A DNA stretch of 64,000 bases, from NCBI GenBank assembly GCA_963809805.1, contig CAWELB010000008.1, forward strand, positions 568,216 through 632,215, given 5' to 3'. This document shows positions 30,305-40,129 of the stretch, piece by piece. The DNA is from an uncultured Chloroflexia bacterium. Lineage in GTDB: Bacteria > Chloroflexota > Anaerolineae > Anaerolineales > UBA4823. A program made the translations under genes and the position numbers. Below the pieces are notes generated by a model. It was not told where the DNA came from and searched no databases. It worked only from the letters and a program-made list of their open reading frames with translations. The first letter of the stretch is position 1; the number at the start of each line of letters is the position of its first letter.

Positions 30305-31018
30305 ATGCCAATGCTGGAAGTATCTGGGATACACACATATTATGGGAATATCCACGCCCTGAAGGGGATCTCGCTGGTTGTAGAGAAAGGCGAGATAGTT
30401 TCCCTGATCGGAGGCAATGGTGCTGGTAAGACTACCACTTTACGCACCATCATCGGTCTGCTCAAACCTCGCCAGGGTGATGTCTTTTTGGATGGAGAAG
30501 ACCTCGCTTCATATAAAGCCCATCAGGTAGTTTATAAAGGGGTAGCGATGGTTCCGGAAGGACGTGGTATCTTTGCCCGCTTGACCGTTGCTGAAAACCT
30601 GGATTTAGGTGCTTACAGTCTCAAGGATAAATCCACCATCCAGGCAGACCTTGACCGTGTTTTCTCCGTGTTTCCACGTCTGAAAGAACGTATCAAACAA
30701 GTAGCTGGTACCCTATCGGGAGGCGAGCAACAGATGCTGGCAATTGGTAGAGCACTTATGGCTCATCCTCGCTTGCTCTTGCTCGATGAACCCTCGATGG
30801 GACTCGCACCTATCCTGGTGGAAAGTATCTTTCAGACCATACAAGCGATTAATCAAGAAGGCACCACCATTCTCTTAGTCGAACAAAATGCTTTAATGGC
30901 CCTTTCCATCGCTAGCCGCGGCTACGTCTTGCAGACCGGACAAATTGTGCTGCATGATACGGCGCTAAACCTTCAGCAGAATGAAATGGTTAGGAAAGCA
31001 TATTTGGGGGTTGAATAA
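30305..31018 (+). CDS. livF: BCAA ABC ATP-binding protein
   Basis: GGNGAGKTT, PEGRGIF, LSGGEQQMLA, DEPSMGLAP. Confidence 0.95.
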   Translation: MPMLEVSGIHTYYGNIHALKGISLVVEKGEIVSLIGGNGAGKTTTLRTIIGLLKPRQGDVFLDGEDLASYKAHQVVYKGVAMVPEGRGIFARLTVAENLDLGAYSLKDKSTIQADLDRVFSVFPRLKERIKQVAGTLSGGEQQMLAIGRALMAHPRLLLLDEPSMGLAPILVESIFQTIQAINQEGTTILLVEQNALMALSIASRGYVLQTGQIVLHDTALNLQQNEMVRKAYLGVE

Positions 31019-31104
31019 ATGCCGTCATGCTCGAATTGACCTGATATGGAATTTGGCGTCATGCCATGTTCCCTTTGTTATAATTACAACTTATAGACCT
31101 CCTT

Positions 31105-32259
31105 ATGCCATCCGCTGAAATCATCACCATCGGTACTGAATTATTATTGGGTGAAATCGTTGATACGAATGCACCCTTTCTTGCTCGTAATCTTCGGGAT
31201 GTCGGCATTGATTTATTCAGAAAAACCACCGTAGGCGATAATGTCAAGCGGATAGCTGAGGCAATTCAGCTGTCTCTGGAAAGATGTGATATTGTCATCA
31301 CTACCGGTGGACTGGGACCTACTGTCGATGATCCTACCCGCGACGCAGTCGCCCTTGCCGTGGGTGTAAATTCTGAATTTCGACCCGAGCTGTGGGAGCA
31401 AATTCAAACGCGTTTTAAACGCTTGGGTCGTCTGCCGACAGAAAATAACCGGCGCCAGGCATACATCCCCGCAGGAGCAATTGCCATTGAAAATCCCGTC
31501 GGCACTGCACCAATCTTCATTTTGGAATATCGCTCCCATTTAATCATCTCGTTGCCAGGGGTTCCGAGCGAGATGGAATACCTGGTGCAGCAACATATCA
31601 TCCCTTACCTTTGCCAGTACTATAACCTTCACGCGGTCATTAAAATTCGGGTTTTACATACCGTGGGAATGGGCGAATCTCAGATCGACGACTTGATCAG
31701 TGATTTGGAAGAGTTAACCAATCCCACGGTAGGTCTCGCCGCACATACTGGTCAGGTGGATGTGCGTATCACTGTTAAAGCTGAATCTGCAGAGGCAGCA
31801 GCTGCGATGATTGCACCGCTCGAAAAAACTCTCCGCGATCGTCTTGGTGATAGCATATACGGAGTCGATCAGGAGACGTTGGAAGAAATCGCAATGCAAT
31901 CCATAGAACAACATAAGTGGACCCTGACAATTATCGAAGCTGGATTGAATGGTTATTTGGTCCAACGTCTTGCACGTGCGAATGGTCCATTTCTGAGTGG
32001 TCAGGTGCTGAAACAGCCACCGACCAAAGAAGACTTCTTGAACCTGACTGATGATTATCGTCAGACTCAAGGGGCAAATGTCGGTTTGGGAGTTTCGATT
32101 CAAGTCAACTCAGATACCTATGAAATCGATCTGGTGTTGATTTCCCCGGTAGATAAGCAGCAAATTCACCGCCGATATGCTGGTCCACCTCAATATGCTC
32201 CCATTTGGGCATTCAACCAAAGCCTGGATATGATTCGAAGGATCCCCCATGACTCTTAA
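31105..32259 (+). CDS. cinA: CinA-like protein (intact molybdopterin-binding-like domain, degenerate PncC domain)
   Basis: IGTELLLGEIVDTN, TGGLGPTVDD, LPGVPSEM; C-terminal IEAGLNG in place of AESCTGG. Confidence 0.8.
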   Translation: MPSAEIITIGTELLLGEIVDTNAPFLARNLRDVGIDLFRKTTVGDNVKRIAEAIQLSLERCDIVITTGGLGPTVDDPTRDAVALAVGVNSEFRPELWEQIQTRFKRLGRLPTENNRRQAYIPAGAIAIENPVGTAPIFILEYRSHLIISLPGVPSEMEYLVQQHIIPYLCQYYNLHAVIKIRVLHTVGMGESQIDDLISDLEELTNPTVGLAAHTGQVDVRITVKAESAEAAAAMIAPLEKTLRDRLGDSIYGVDQETLEEIAMQSIEQHKWTLTIIEAGLNGYLVQRLARANGPFLSGQVLKQPPTKEDFLNLTDDYRQTQGANVGLGVSIQVNSDTYEIDLVLISPVDKQQIHRRYAGPPQYAPIWAFNQSLDMIRRIPHDS

Positions 32260-34237
32260 TGCCGACGTAATCCTTAAAAATGCAATATTACTGACCATGG
32301 ATGTAAGCCTGTCAATTTACGAGCCCGGGGCCATTGCCATCAAGGGTGATCAGATCCTGGCCGTAGGTAATGAGCAGGATATCTGCCAGCAATACCTTTC
32401 CGAACAAACGATCGATTGCAAAGGGAAAGTCCTCATGCCTGGGCTCATTAATGCCCACACCCATGCTGCCATGACATTGTTGCGTGGTCTGGCAGATGAT
32501 TTACGACTGGATGTGTGGTTGATGGGCTACATGATGCCTGTTGAACGGCAATTCGTTTCACCAGCTTTTGTTCGCTTGGGTACGATGCTCGCTTGTGCCG
32601 AGATGATTCGTTCGGGTGTGACTTGTTTTGCTGATATGTATTACTTCGAGGATGATGCTGCCCAGGCCACCGCAGAAGCAGGCTTAAGGGCAGTATGCGC
32701 TCAAACTGTACTTAAATTCCCTGGACCAGATGCCCGCGATTATGAGGAAGCATTCGAAAAGACCCGTACATTTTTAAGGAAATGGCAGGGTCATCCACTG
32801 ATCGTGCCAGCAGTCGGTCCGCATGCTCCCTATACTTGCACCCAAGAAATCCTGCAATCAGCTGCTGCTCTTGCGCGTGAGTTTGATGTCCCGTTGTTGA
32901 TTCACCTGTCCGAAACGCATCAGGAGGTAGAAAACAGTCGTAAGGAACATGGCATGCCCGTGATCCCTTATGTAAAAAAACAGGATGTGTTCGAAGCAAA
33001 GGTTTTAGCCGCCCATTGTGTCCACGTGGATGATGGAGAGATAAAAACACTTTTGCATCATCAGGCAGGGGTATCTCATAATCCATCTTCAAATCTAAAA
33101 TTAGCTTCCGGCTTTGCTCCTGTGAGTAAAATGCTTGAAGCCGGATTGAATGTGGGTATTGGTACAGATGGCGCTGCCTCAAATAATGACCTGGATATGT
33201 TCGAGGAAATCCGTCTGGCTGCTTTTATTTCCAAAAGCACTAGTGGTGATCCAACGATCCTGCCTGCACCGATGGCATTATCGATGGCGACCTGCATGGG
33301 CGCTGAAGCCTTGCAGCTAGGCGGGATCACTGGTTCACTTGAACCAGGCAAACGGGCAGATTTGATCTTGGTGGACATTTCGCGCACACACAATTCACCT
33401 CGCTTTAAAAGAGAACCAGATGCTATTTACGCCCAATTGGTATATTCGACGCACGCATCTGATGTAACCGATGTCATGGTGAATGGAAAATGGCTGATGC
33501 GCGATCAGCAGTTATTGACCCTTGATGAGCCGCAGCTGCTCGTAAATGCAGCTGAATACGCCCGCGACATTGATGCATTTTTGCTTGAACGTGAGCATTC
33601 TGTGCTCTCCAAGTTGGTTGCAATCGGGGGAGCCTCAGAGGAAGAAAGCTATGAAGTACAAGTAAAAGTACCTCTACCTGATTCGCAGGTGGTAATAGAT
33701 AATATATCGCATTCCGGTATCGAAGTGTTACACCAGCGACATTACCATGAATATGATACGTATTTCTCATTCGCCGATCCAAATCAGGGCTACCTGCGTT
33801 ATCGTGAAGATGAAGCGATCGGGGCAAACGACCAGATCACGAATGTACGTTATCGCCTCACCCTGCTTGGGCCAACCCGTGAAGGGAACTTGCCTCGCGA
33901 TGTATTATTATCCCGCAGCCGATTTATAGCGCCTGCCATCCACAGCCTCCGGTTTTATAGGGAATACTTTAAACCATCTCAAGAAACAGTGATAGAGAAA
34001 CATCGTTTACGCTGGCGCATCCTTTACCATGGACTCGAATTTTTTATAAATTTGGATCGCATGGATAACCCTCCCTTGGGTCATTTTCTTGAAGTCAAGA
34101 GCCGCACCTGGAGTCGTCGGGATGCGGAACACAAAGCCCTTGTGGCACGCGATTTAATCCAATCCCTGGGGATTACCCCCGAAGTATCAGTCGCACAGGA
34201 TTATATCGAGATCGTCAATACGCGTGCTTCCAAGTAA
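32249..34237 (+). CDS. MtaD-like (MTA/SAH deaminase family) amidohydrolase fused to a C-terminal CYTH-like domain
   Basis: NAHTH, HAPYT, HLSET, GTDGAASNN; then YEVQVK, YDTYF, LRYRE and FLEVK. Confidence 0.8.
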   Translation: MTLNADVILKNAILLTMDVSLSIYEPGAIAIKGDQILAVGNEQDICQQYLSEQTIDCKGKVLMPGLINAHTHAAMTLLRGLADDLRLDVWLMGYMMPVERQFVSPAFVRLGTMLACAEMIRSGVTCFADMYYFEDDAAQATAEAGLRAVCAQTVLKFPGPDARDYEEAFEKTRTFLRKWQGHPLIVPAVGPHAPYTCTQEILQSAAALAREFDVPLLIHLSETHQEVENSRKEHGMPVIPYVKKQDVFEAKVLAAHCVHVDDGEIKTLLHHQAGVSHNPSSNLKLASGFAPVSKMLEAGLNVGIGTDGAASNNDLDMFEEIRLAAFISKSTSGDPTILPAPMALSMATCMGAEALQLGGITGSLEPGKRADLILVDISRTHNSPRFKREPDAIYAQLVYSTHASDVTDVMVNGKWLMRDQQLLTLDEPQLLVNAAEYARDIDAFLLEREHSVLSKLVAIGGASEEESYEVQVKVPLPDSQVVIDNISHSGIEVLHQRHYHEYDTYFSFADPNQGYLRYREDEAIGANDQITNVRYRLTLLGPTREGNLPRDVLLSRSRFIAPAIHSLRFYREYFKPSQETVIEKHRLRWRILYHGLEFFINLDRMDNPPLGHFLEVKSRTWSRRDAEHKALVARDLIQSLGITPEVSVAQDYIEIVNTRASK

Positions 34238-35458
34238 ATGGCTGGTATAGCTCCGCCTTCGCCATTGGATATTCAAAAAGGATCGAGGGTCAGGTTCCAA
34301 TTAGATCGGGTACTGACCATTATCAGTGCCCATTTTATTCATGACACATACTCCGCCTTCCTTGCCCCATTGCTCCCCAATCTGATTGAGAAGTTGTCTC
34401 TTACTTACACCCAGGCAGGGTCACTCTCAACTATCACTCAATTACCCTCGATACTAAATCCGATCATCGGTTACCTGGATGATAAAGTCAATTTACGCAT
34501 TTTTGTGATCCTTGCACCCGCTGTTTCTGCAACGACCATGAGCTGTCTGGGTATTGTCCCAAACTATCTCAGCCTTGTGATCCTGCTCTTTATCACTGGT
34601 CTGAGTATTTCTGCTTTCCATGCTCCTTCACCCGCCATGATCGCCCGCGCAGCCGGCCTGCATGTAGGGACGGGAATGAGCTTGTACATGGCTATGGGCG
34701 AGCTCGGACGCACTGTCGGTCCATTGCTGGCTTCCTGGGCATTGCTCACCTTCACTTTGAATGGGATGTTTCCCGTTGCTATCCCTGGCTGGATCGCATC
34801 AGTAGCAATTTTCATCCGCTTTAAAGGTATTCCTGTCCATGTTGAGAAGCAAACCGGGTTTCGTGAAGTGCTGCCCGTCGCTCGCCGGCTTTTCCTGCCA
34901 TTAATTGCATTGACTTTCTTTAGAAGTTTCTTGATCACTGGTTTGGGTGTTTATCTCCCCACACTGATGGAAGGTGAAGGTGCAAGTATATGGAAAGCAG
35001 GTACCACTCTGGCGATTTATCAATTTGCAGGTGTGATTGGGGCACTTCTCGGTGGCACAGTCAGCGATCGCCTGGGTCGTAAGCCGGTTCTATTCTCGGT
35101 TTCATTACTTGCTCCCATCATGGTGTTCCTATTTCTCAGAACCAGTGGTTGGTTGATCATCCCTGTTTTGATCCTCTCCGGGTTATTTAGTTTGTCTTCA
35201 CAACCGATCATCCTTGCAATCGTCCAGGATCAGCTTCCTGCCCACCGCTCAATCGGCAACGGCTTATTTATGGCTATTAGTTTCATCTGTTTAGCATTGG
35301 CTGCCACCGGGATCGGTATGCTTGCGGACCGATTTGGCTTGCGCCAGGCATTCATGTGGACGGTTATATCTGGTTTTGTGGCAGCGCCTCTGGTTTTCCT
35401 ATTGCCGCGTGCACAGAAAAACGACCCGCACCCACATCCTACGATCATAGAGGAATAA
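34238..35458 (+). CDS. MFS transporter (Fsr-like)
   Basis: About 12 TM; SAFHAP, GELG, SDRLGRK. Confidence 0.88.
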   Translation: MAGIAPPSPLDIQKGSRVRFQLDRVLTIISAHFIHDTYSAFLAPLLPNLIEKLSLTYTQAGSLSTITQLPSILNPIIGYLDDKVNLRIFVILAPAVSATTMSCLGIVPNYLSLVILLFITGLSISAFHAPSPAMIARAAGLHVGTGMSLYMAMGELGRTVGPLLASWALLTFTLNGMFPVAIPGWIASVAIFIRFKGIPVHVEKQTGFREVLPVARRLFLPLIALTFFRSFLITGLGVYLPTLMEGEGASIWKAGTTLAIYQFAGVIGALLGGTVSDRLGRKPVLFSVSLLAPIMVFLFLRTSGWLIIPVLILSGLFSLSSQPIILAIVQDQLPAHRSIGNGLFMAISFICLALAATGIGMLADRFGLRQAFMWTVISGFVAAPLVFLLPRAQKNDPHPHPTIIEE

Positions 35459-35466
35459 TTGATTAT

Positions 35467-36246
35467 ATGAATGACGTATTGGAATTTGCCGTCGACCTGG
35501 CAATGCAAACTGGGGATATTTTGCAAAAATACTATTCACCGACCGGGATTCATTCGACGCCAAAAGCAGATAATACCGTGGTCACCGAAGCTGATCTGGC
35601 TGCTGATGGATTTATTACACAACAAATTAAACAATATTTTCCTCGCGATGGTATCTTGAGTGAAGAATCCTCCCATTTACTTCAAGATCCACAAATACCA
35701 ATCTGGGTCATCGATCCATTGGATGGAACCACCAATTTCAGTCTGGGTCTCGCAATTTGGGGAGTATCCATCGCACGCCTGGTAAACGGATATCCAGAGC
35801 TGGGAGTGCTATATTTTCCCCGCCTTAATGAGTTGTATTCAACCACAAAAGGAGCTGGCGCACAATTAAATAATAAGTCGATAATCGCCAGGGCACCCGA
35901 CCCGACCCAACCGAATTCCTTTTTCGCTTGTTGCTCACGTAGTTTTCGCACATTTGATATCACCATCCCTTATAAACCTCGCATTTTGGGGTCAAGCACA
36001 TATACGATATCCATGGTAGCACGCGGACTTGCTCTTCTTGCGTTGGATGTCACCCCAAAAATCTGGGATCTGGCTGCTGCTTGGCTTTTGGTAGAGGAAG
36101 CGGGTGGCATAATGAGTGTATTTGAGGGAGCTCAGCCATTCCCATTGTTTTCCAATATTGATTACAGTACCGCCAGTTACCCCATATTAGCAGCCGCTAC
36201 TCCGAAATTACTTGAGATGGGTCGTAGCAAGATTCAGAGGAAATAA
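35467..36246 (+). CDS. Inositol monophosphatase-family phosphatase
   Basis: VTEADL, LSEE, WVIDPLDGTTNF, WDLAA. Confidence 0.92.
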   Translation: MNDVLEFAVDLAMQTGDILQKYYSPTGIHSTPKADNTVVTEADLAADGFITQQIKQYFPRDGILSEESSHLLQDPQIPIWVIDPLDGTTNFSLGLAIWGVSIARLVNGYPELGVLYFPRLNELYSTTKGAGAQLNNKSIIARAPDPTQPNSFFACCSRSFRTFDITIPYKPRILGSSTYTISMVARGLALLALDVTPKIWDLAAAWLLVEEAGGIMSVFEGAQPFPLFSNIDYSTASYPILAAATPKLLEMGRSKIQRK

Positions 36247-36335
36247 TTATCATCGCTTAAAATTAATACCCGGTGTCATTTTCTAATCGGGTACTCAATA
36301 TCAAATATTATCTATTTAAAGGACAGGTAATTATC

Positions 36336-37328
36336 ATGGAATATCGACATCTCGGGAATTCAGGTCTGGAGATTTCAGCCCTCTCGCTCGGTGCTTGGGT
36401 GACTATGGGGGGCCAGATTGGGGAAGATACTTCATATGAATGTATGAAGTTGGCATATGATGCCGGGGTAAACTTCTTTGATAATGCAGAATCATATTCT
36501 CGTGGGAATGCCGAGACTGTCATGGGGAAAGCAATAAAAAAGGCTGGCTGGAAACGGTCCGATCTCGTGATCTCAACCAAACTTTTCTGGGGAGGGAACA
36601 AACCCAATCAGACTGGGCTATCCCGAAAACATATCATCGAAGGAGCCAGGGCTTCGCTCGAAAGACTTCAGCTTGACTATGTCGACTTGATATTTTGCCA
36701 CAGACCCGATATTTATACTCCGATCGAGGAAACCGTTCGTGCCATGAATTTCTTGATCGATCAGGGATTGGTATTTTATTGGGGCACCAGTGAATGGACG
36801 GCTGACCAGATCATGCAAGCATATTCAATCGCCAGGCAGTTCGATCTCATTCCACCTACAATGGAACAACCCCAATACAACATGTTTACCCGCAAAAAAG
36901 TCGAGCGCGAATATGTTCGCTTATACGGTGAAATCGGGTTAGGTACCACGATCTGGAGCCCTCTCGCCAGTGGGATGCTAACCGGTAAATATAATCAGGG
37001 CATTCCAGAGAATACGCGATTAAGTCTTAAAGGATATGAGTGGTTACGTGAAGATTTTGAGAATGAAATCGCCAGACAAAGAATTACAAAAGTAAAATTA
37101 CTGGCACCGATTGCTGAAAACAATGGAATGACAATCGCCCAGCTGGCAATTGCCTGGTGCCTAAAAAATTTGCATGTCAGCAGTGTGATTACAGGTGCCT
37201 CAAAGCCCCAACAAGTCAGCGAGAATATGCAATCCATGGACCATCTGGGTAAGCTAACAGTTGAAGTGATGGAACAGATTGAGTCAATACTGGATAATAA
37301 ACCAGAACCTTTATCGGATTATCGGTAG
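36336..37328 (+). CDS. Aldo/keto reductase (Kv-beta-like)
   Basis: YRHLGNSGL, FFDNAESY, STKLFWGG, YWGTSEW, WSPLASG. Confidence 0.93.
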   Translation: MEYRHLGNSGLEISALSLGAWVTMGGQIGEDTSYECMKLAYDAGVNFFDNAESYSRGNAETVMGKAIKKAGWKRSDLVISTKLFWGGNKPNQTGLSRKHIIEGARASLERLQLDYVDLIFCHRPDIYTPIEETVRAMNFLIDQGLVFYWGTSEWTADQIMQAYSIARQFDLIPPTMEQPQYNMFTRKKVEREYVRLYGEIGLGTTIWSPLASGMLTGKYNQGIPENTRLSLKGYEWLREDFENEIARQRITKVKLLAPIAENNGMTIAQLAIAWCLKNLHVSSVITGASKPQQVSENMQSMDHLGKLTVEVMEQIESILDNKPEPLSDYR

Positions 37329-37408
37329 AATTATCAAAAATATTCCGGAATATATGGCTAGTAGTATAGCAATTGCTCCATATTATTGATGAATGTCTGA
37401 GATACTGC

Positions 37409-38020
37409 TCATGCGTTTCTGACTGGCTGGCGGAGAATCGTCTTTAACCTGTCTGGAGAGCTCTTTCGTGGGTTGCCAAGGTATATTTCATGGTGTTTTC
37501 CGTTTGTTTGATAGCCCTTGGTTTTTATTAATTTATGCAGTTCTGCAATCGTTGGTGCTTCATCTATGTATGCGCCTGTATAAAGCGTTTGCATACTCAG
37601 CCCTTCTTCATAAGTTTCATATCTTATTTTGACGAGCAAAGGATTATCTTTCTTCTTGATGGACATACCGCGTACTTTTTCCATCCATTCATTCGTAACC
37701 CATTCCGGCTGCATGATCAACATGGTCCATTCCCATCTTGGTTTATTTGCCAGGGTGAACTCCTCCATATTTTCCATCCACCATAAACCTTCTAATGGTG
37801 GCACAATATGATCGTAACCATGAGATTTCAGTGCGAATTTGATCCCATACGATATTGTGTAAAGCGCCTCAACTGCTTGTTGATACTCCAATGATGTATT
37901 TGGATCACCAGTTCCATCGATCATGAGGAAACTTAGCGGTGGCACTTCCACGATATGGAAACTTTTTATCGCTGGATTGTATAGCGGACCGAGGGTTTTC
38001 TTAAAATCCACTTTATTCAT
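37409..38020 (-). CDS. GyrI-like small-molecule-binding protein
   Basis: IDGTGDPN, PPLEGLWW, WTMLIMQP, GKHHEIYL, LKTILRQP. Confidence 0.85.
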   Translation of the reverse strand: MNKVDFKKTLGPLYNPAIKSFHIVEVPPLSFLMIDGTGDPNTSLEYQQAVEALYTISYGIKFALKSHGYDHIVPPLEGLWWMENMEEFTLANKPRWEWTMLIMQPEWVTNEWMEKVRGMSIKKKDNPLLVKIRYETYEEGLSMQTLYTGAYIDEAPTIAELHKLIKTKGYQTNGKHHEIYLGNPRKSSPDRLKTILRQPVRNA

Positions 38021-38207
38021 CAGTCGAGATTCCTTTCTGCCATTTTCTTGGGTTATTTAGGTCTATAACTGATTATATAATTAATCTATATGACTTAATT
38101 TTCGATTTAGTGTTGACTGGACAATAGCTAAGTGTCTTCTTTTCTATTTCCATTTTTAGATAATGATAGCTATAATTGACTTAAGTTAATACGCTGGAGG
38201 AACTACC

Positions 38208-40100
38208 CTGAATAATCAACGCTCAACTCATAGTCTGGCTGATTCAGAGAAACCTAGGAAACCATCCGATCATCTGCAATCGGGTGTGGTTCTAATTAAT
38301 CGATATTCTATTCAAAGTGTGGTCGGAGTTGGCGGAATGGGTGCGGTCTACTCAGCTCGAGATTTACATTTTCCCAATGTTGTAAAACGGGTCGCGGTCA
38401 AGGAAATGATCAATATGGTCCGAGACCCGGTGATTCGCGATACCATCGTGCGTAACTTTGAACGCGAAGCCAATATCCTGGCAACCCTTAATCACCCTTC
38501 CATTCCACGCATTTATGATTACTTTACCCAGGATGATCGCTCTTATCTGATCATTGAATTCATCGAAGGGAAAGATCTGGAAGCAATTCTCACTGAATCG
38601 GAAGATTTCCTTCCGGAAGTCGAGGTTTTAAATTGGGCCATCGAGCTTTGCGACGTAATTAGTTACTTGCATAATTACAAACCTGAACCGATCATTTTCA
38701 GGGATATAAAACCCTCGAATATCATGATAAATACGATTGGCCATGTTTTATTGGTTGATTTCGGTATTGCCAAGACCTTCCAGCCTGGGCAAAAAGGCAC
38801 TATGATCGGCACAGAGGGATATTCGCCTCCTGAGCAGTATAAAGGTGAAAGTAGCCAGCGTGGGGATATATATGCATTGGGAGCAACACTGCATCATTTG
38901 CTCACAAAACGGGATCCACGTTTAGAACCACCTTTCTCCTTTGAAGAAAGGAAAATCCACTCGATTAATCCAGCAGTTTCAGGTGAACTTGAATCAGTGA
39001 TTTATACTGCTTTATCATATGACCTTGAAAAACGCTTTTCAAGTGTGGAAGTCATGAAAGCGGCATTGCTGGCGTCCGCGAAAAAAACCGGATTACTTAA
39101 TAAACTACCTGCAGCAGTTAAACCATTATCGCGTGATACAGCCGAAGTCACTGCAGCGTGGAAATTTGAATGTGAAGATGAGATACGTGGAACGCCCACC
39201 TGTTCAGGAGCATCCGTATTCATCGGTGCGTATGATAATAATCTGTACTCATTAAACGCCGCCAGTGGAGAATTTAATTGGAAATTCGCCACAGAAGGTG
39301 GGATTGTAAGTCGACCTGCCATTTATGAAGGTAATATTTATGTGGGTTCTGAAGACCAGCGTTTGTATTGCATCAATATGCGTTCTGGGCAGGAAATTTG
39401 GTCTTATTATTCAAACGGTCCAATTCGATCCTCCCCATATTTTGCTGAGGGACATATATTTATCGGATCAGATGATGCCTTCCTGCATGCCGTGAATGCA
39501 TTAAGTGGTCGGCGGGCCTGGCGCGCTGATGCTGGGTCGCCTGTCCGCTCAACGCCCATCCTGGTCGGAGAATTTGTATATTTCGGCACCGAAGATGGTG
39601 ATTTGTTTTGTGTCGACTTGCGGGGTAATGTTAAATGGCGTTTTAAAGCCAAGCGTGCTCTAACCTCATCGCCAGTTCATGTTAATGGGATCATCTACGT
39701 CGGCTCTGTGGATACACTTCTCTACGCCCTTGATGCAAAATCTGGTTACATAATATGGCGTTTCCGCATGTCAAAGGCATCGATCTCCACCCCCTTTATT
39801 GTGGATAACTTTCTATTCACCGGTTCAGTTGATTCTCACATATACTGTGTCGATATTCACTCTGCCAGGGAGGTCTGGAATTTTGCCACCGACAACCAGG
39901 TAACGAGTTCGCCCATCGCATTTCAGGATTCTATCTATTGTGGATCTGTTGATGGTGCGATGTATTGCCTGGAATTTCGTACAGGCCGTCTGCGTTGGAA
40001 ATACCAAACGGGGGGTCCCATTACTGGATCATCCATCATTGCAAATGATGTGCTCTATTTTGGCTCTAATGATCATAAAATGTATGCCATCGTCCTGTAA
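38208..40100 (+). CDS. Cytoplasmic Ser/Thr kinase with a PQQ-like beta-propeller (AfsK-like); probable CTG start
   Basis: GVGGMGAVY, FRDIKPSN, DFG, GTEGYSPPEQ; repeated GSxDxxLYxL...W. GGAGG lies 7 nt before an in-frame CTG at 38208. Confidence 0.9.
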   Translation: MNNQRSTHSLADSEKPRKPSDHLQSGVVLINRYSIQSVVGVGGMGAVYSARDLHFPNVVKRVAVKEMINMVRDPVIRDTIVRNFEREANILATLNHPSIPRIYDYFTQDDRSYLIIEFIEGKDLEAILTESEDFLPEVEVLNWAIELCDVISYLHNYKPEPIIFRDIKPSNIMINTIGHVLLVDFGIAKTFQPGQKGTMIGTEGYSPPEQYKGESSQRGDIYALGATLHHLLTKRDPRLEPPFSFEERKIHSINPAVSGELESVIYTALSYDLEKRFSSVEVMKAALLASAKKTGLLNKLPAAVKPLSRDTAEVTAAWKFECEDEIRGTPTCSGASVFIGAYDNNLYSLNAASGEFNWKFATEGGIVSRPAIYEGNIYVGSEDQRLYCINMRSGQEIWSYYSNGPIRSSPYFAEGHIFIGSDDAFLHAVNALSGRRAWRADAGSPVRSTPILVGEFVYFGTEDGDLFCVDLRGNVKWRFKAKRALTSSPVHVNGIIYVGSVDTLLYALDAKSGYIIWRFRMSKASISTPFIVDNFLFTGSVDSHIYCVDIHSAREVWNFATDNQVTSSPIAFQDSIYCGSVDGAMYCLEFRTGRLRWKYQTGGPITGSSIIANDVLYFGSNDHKMYAIVL

Positions 40101-40129
40101 TGATAGTCTAAATCATCAAAGGAGCCCTC

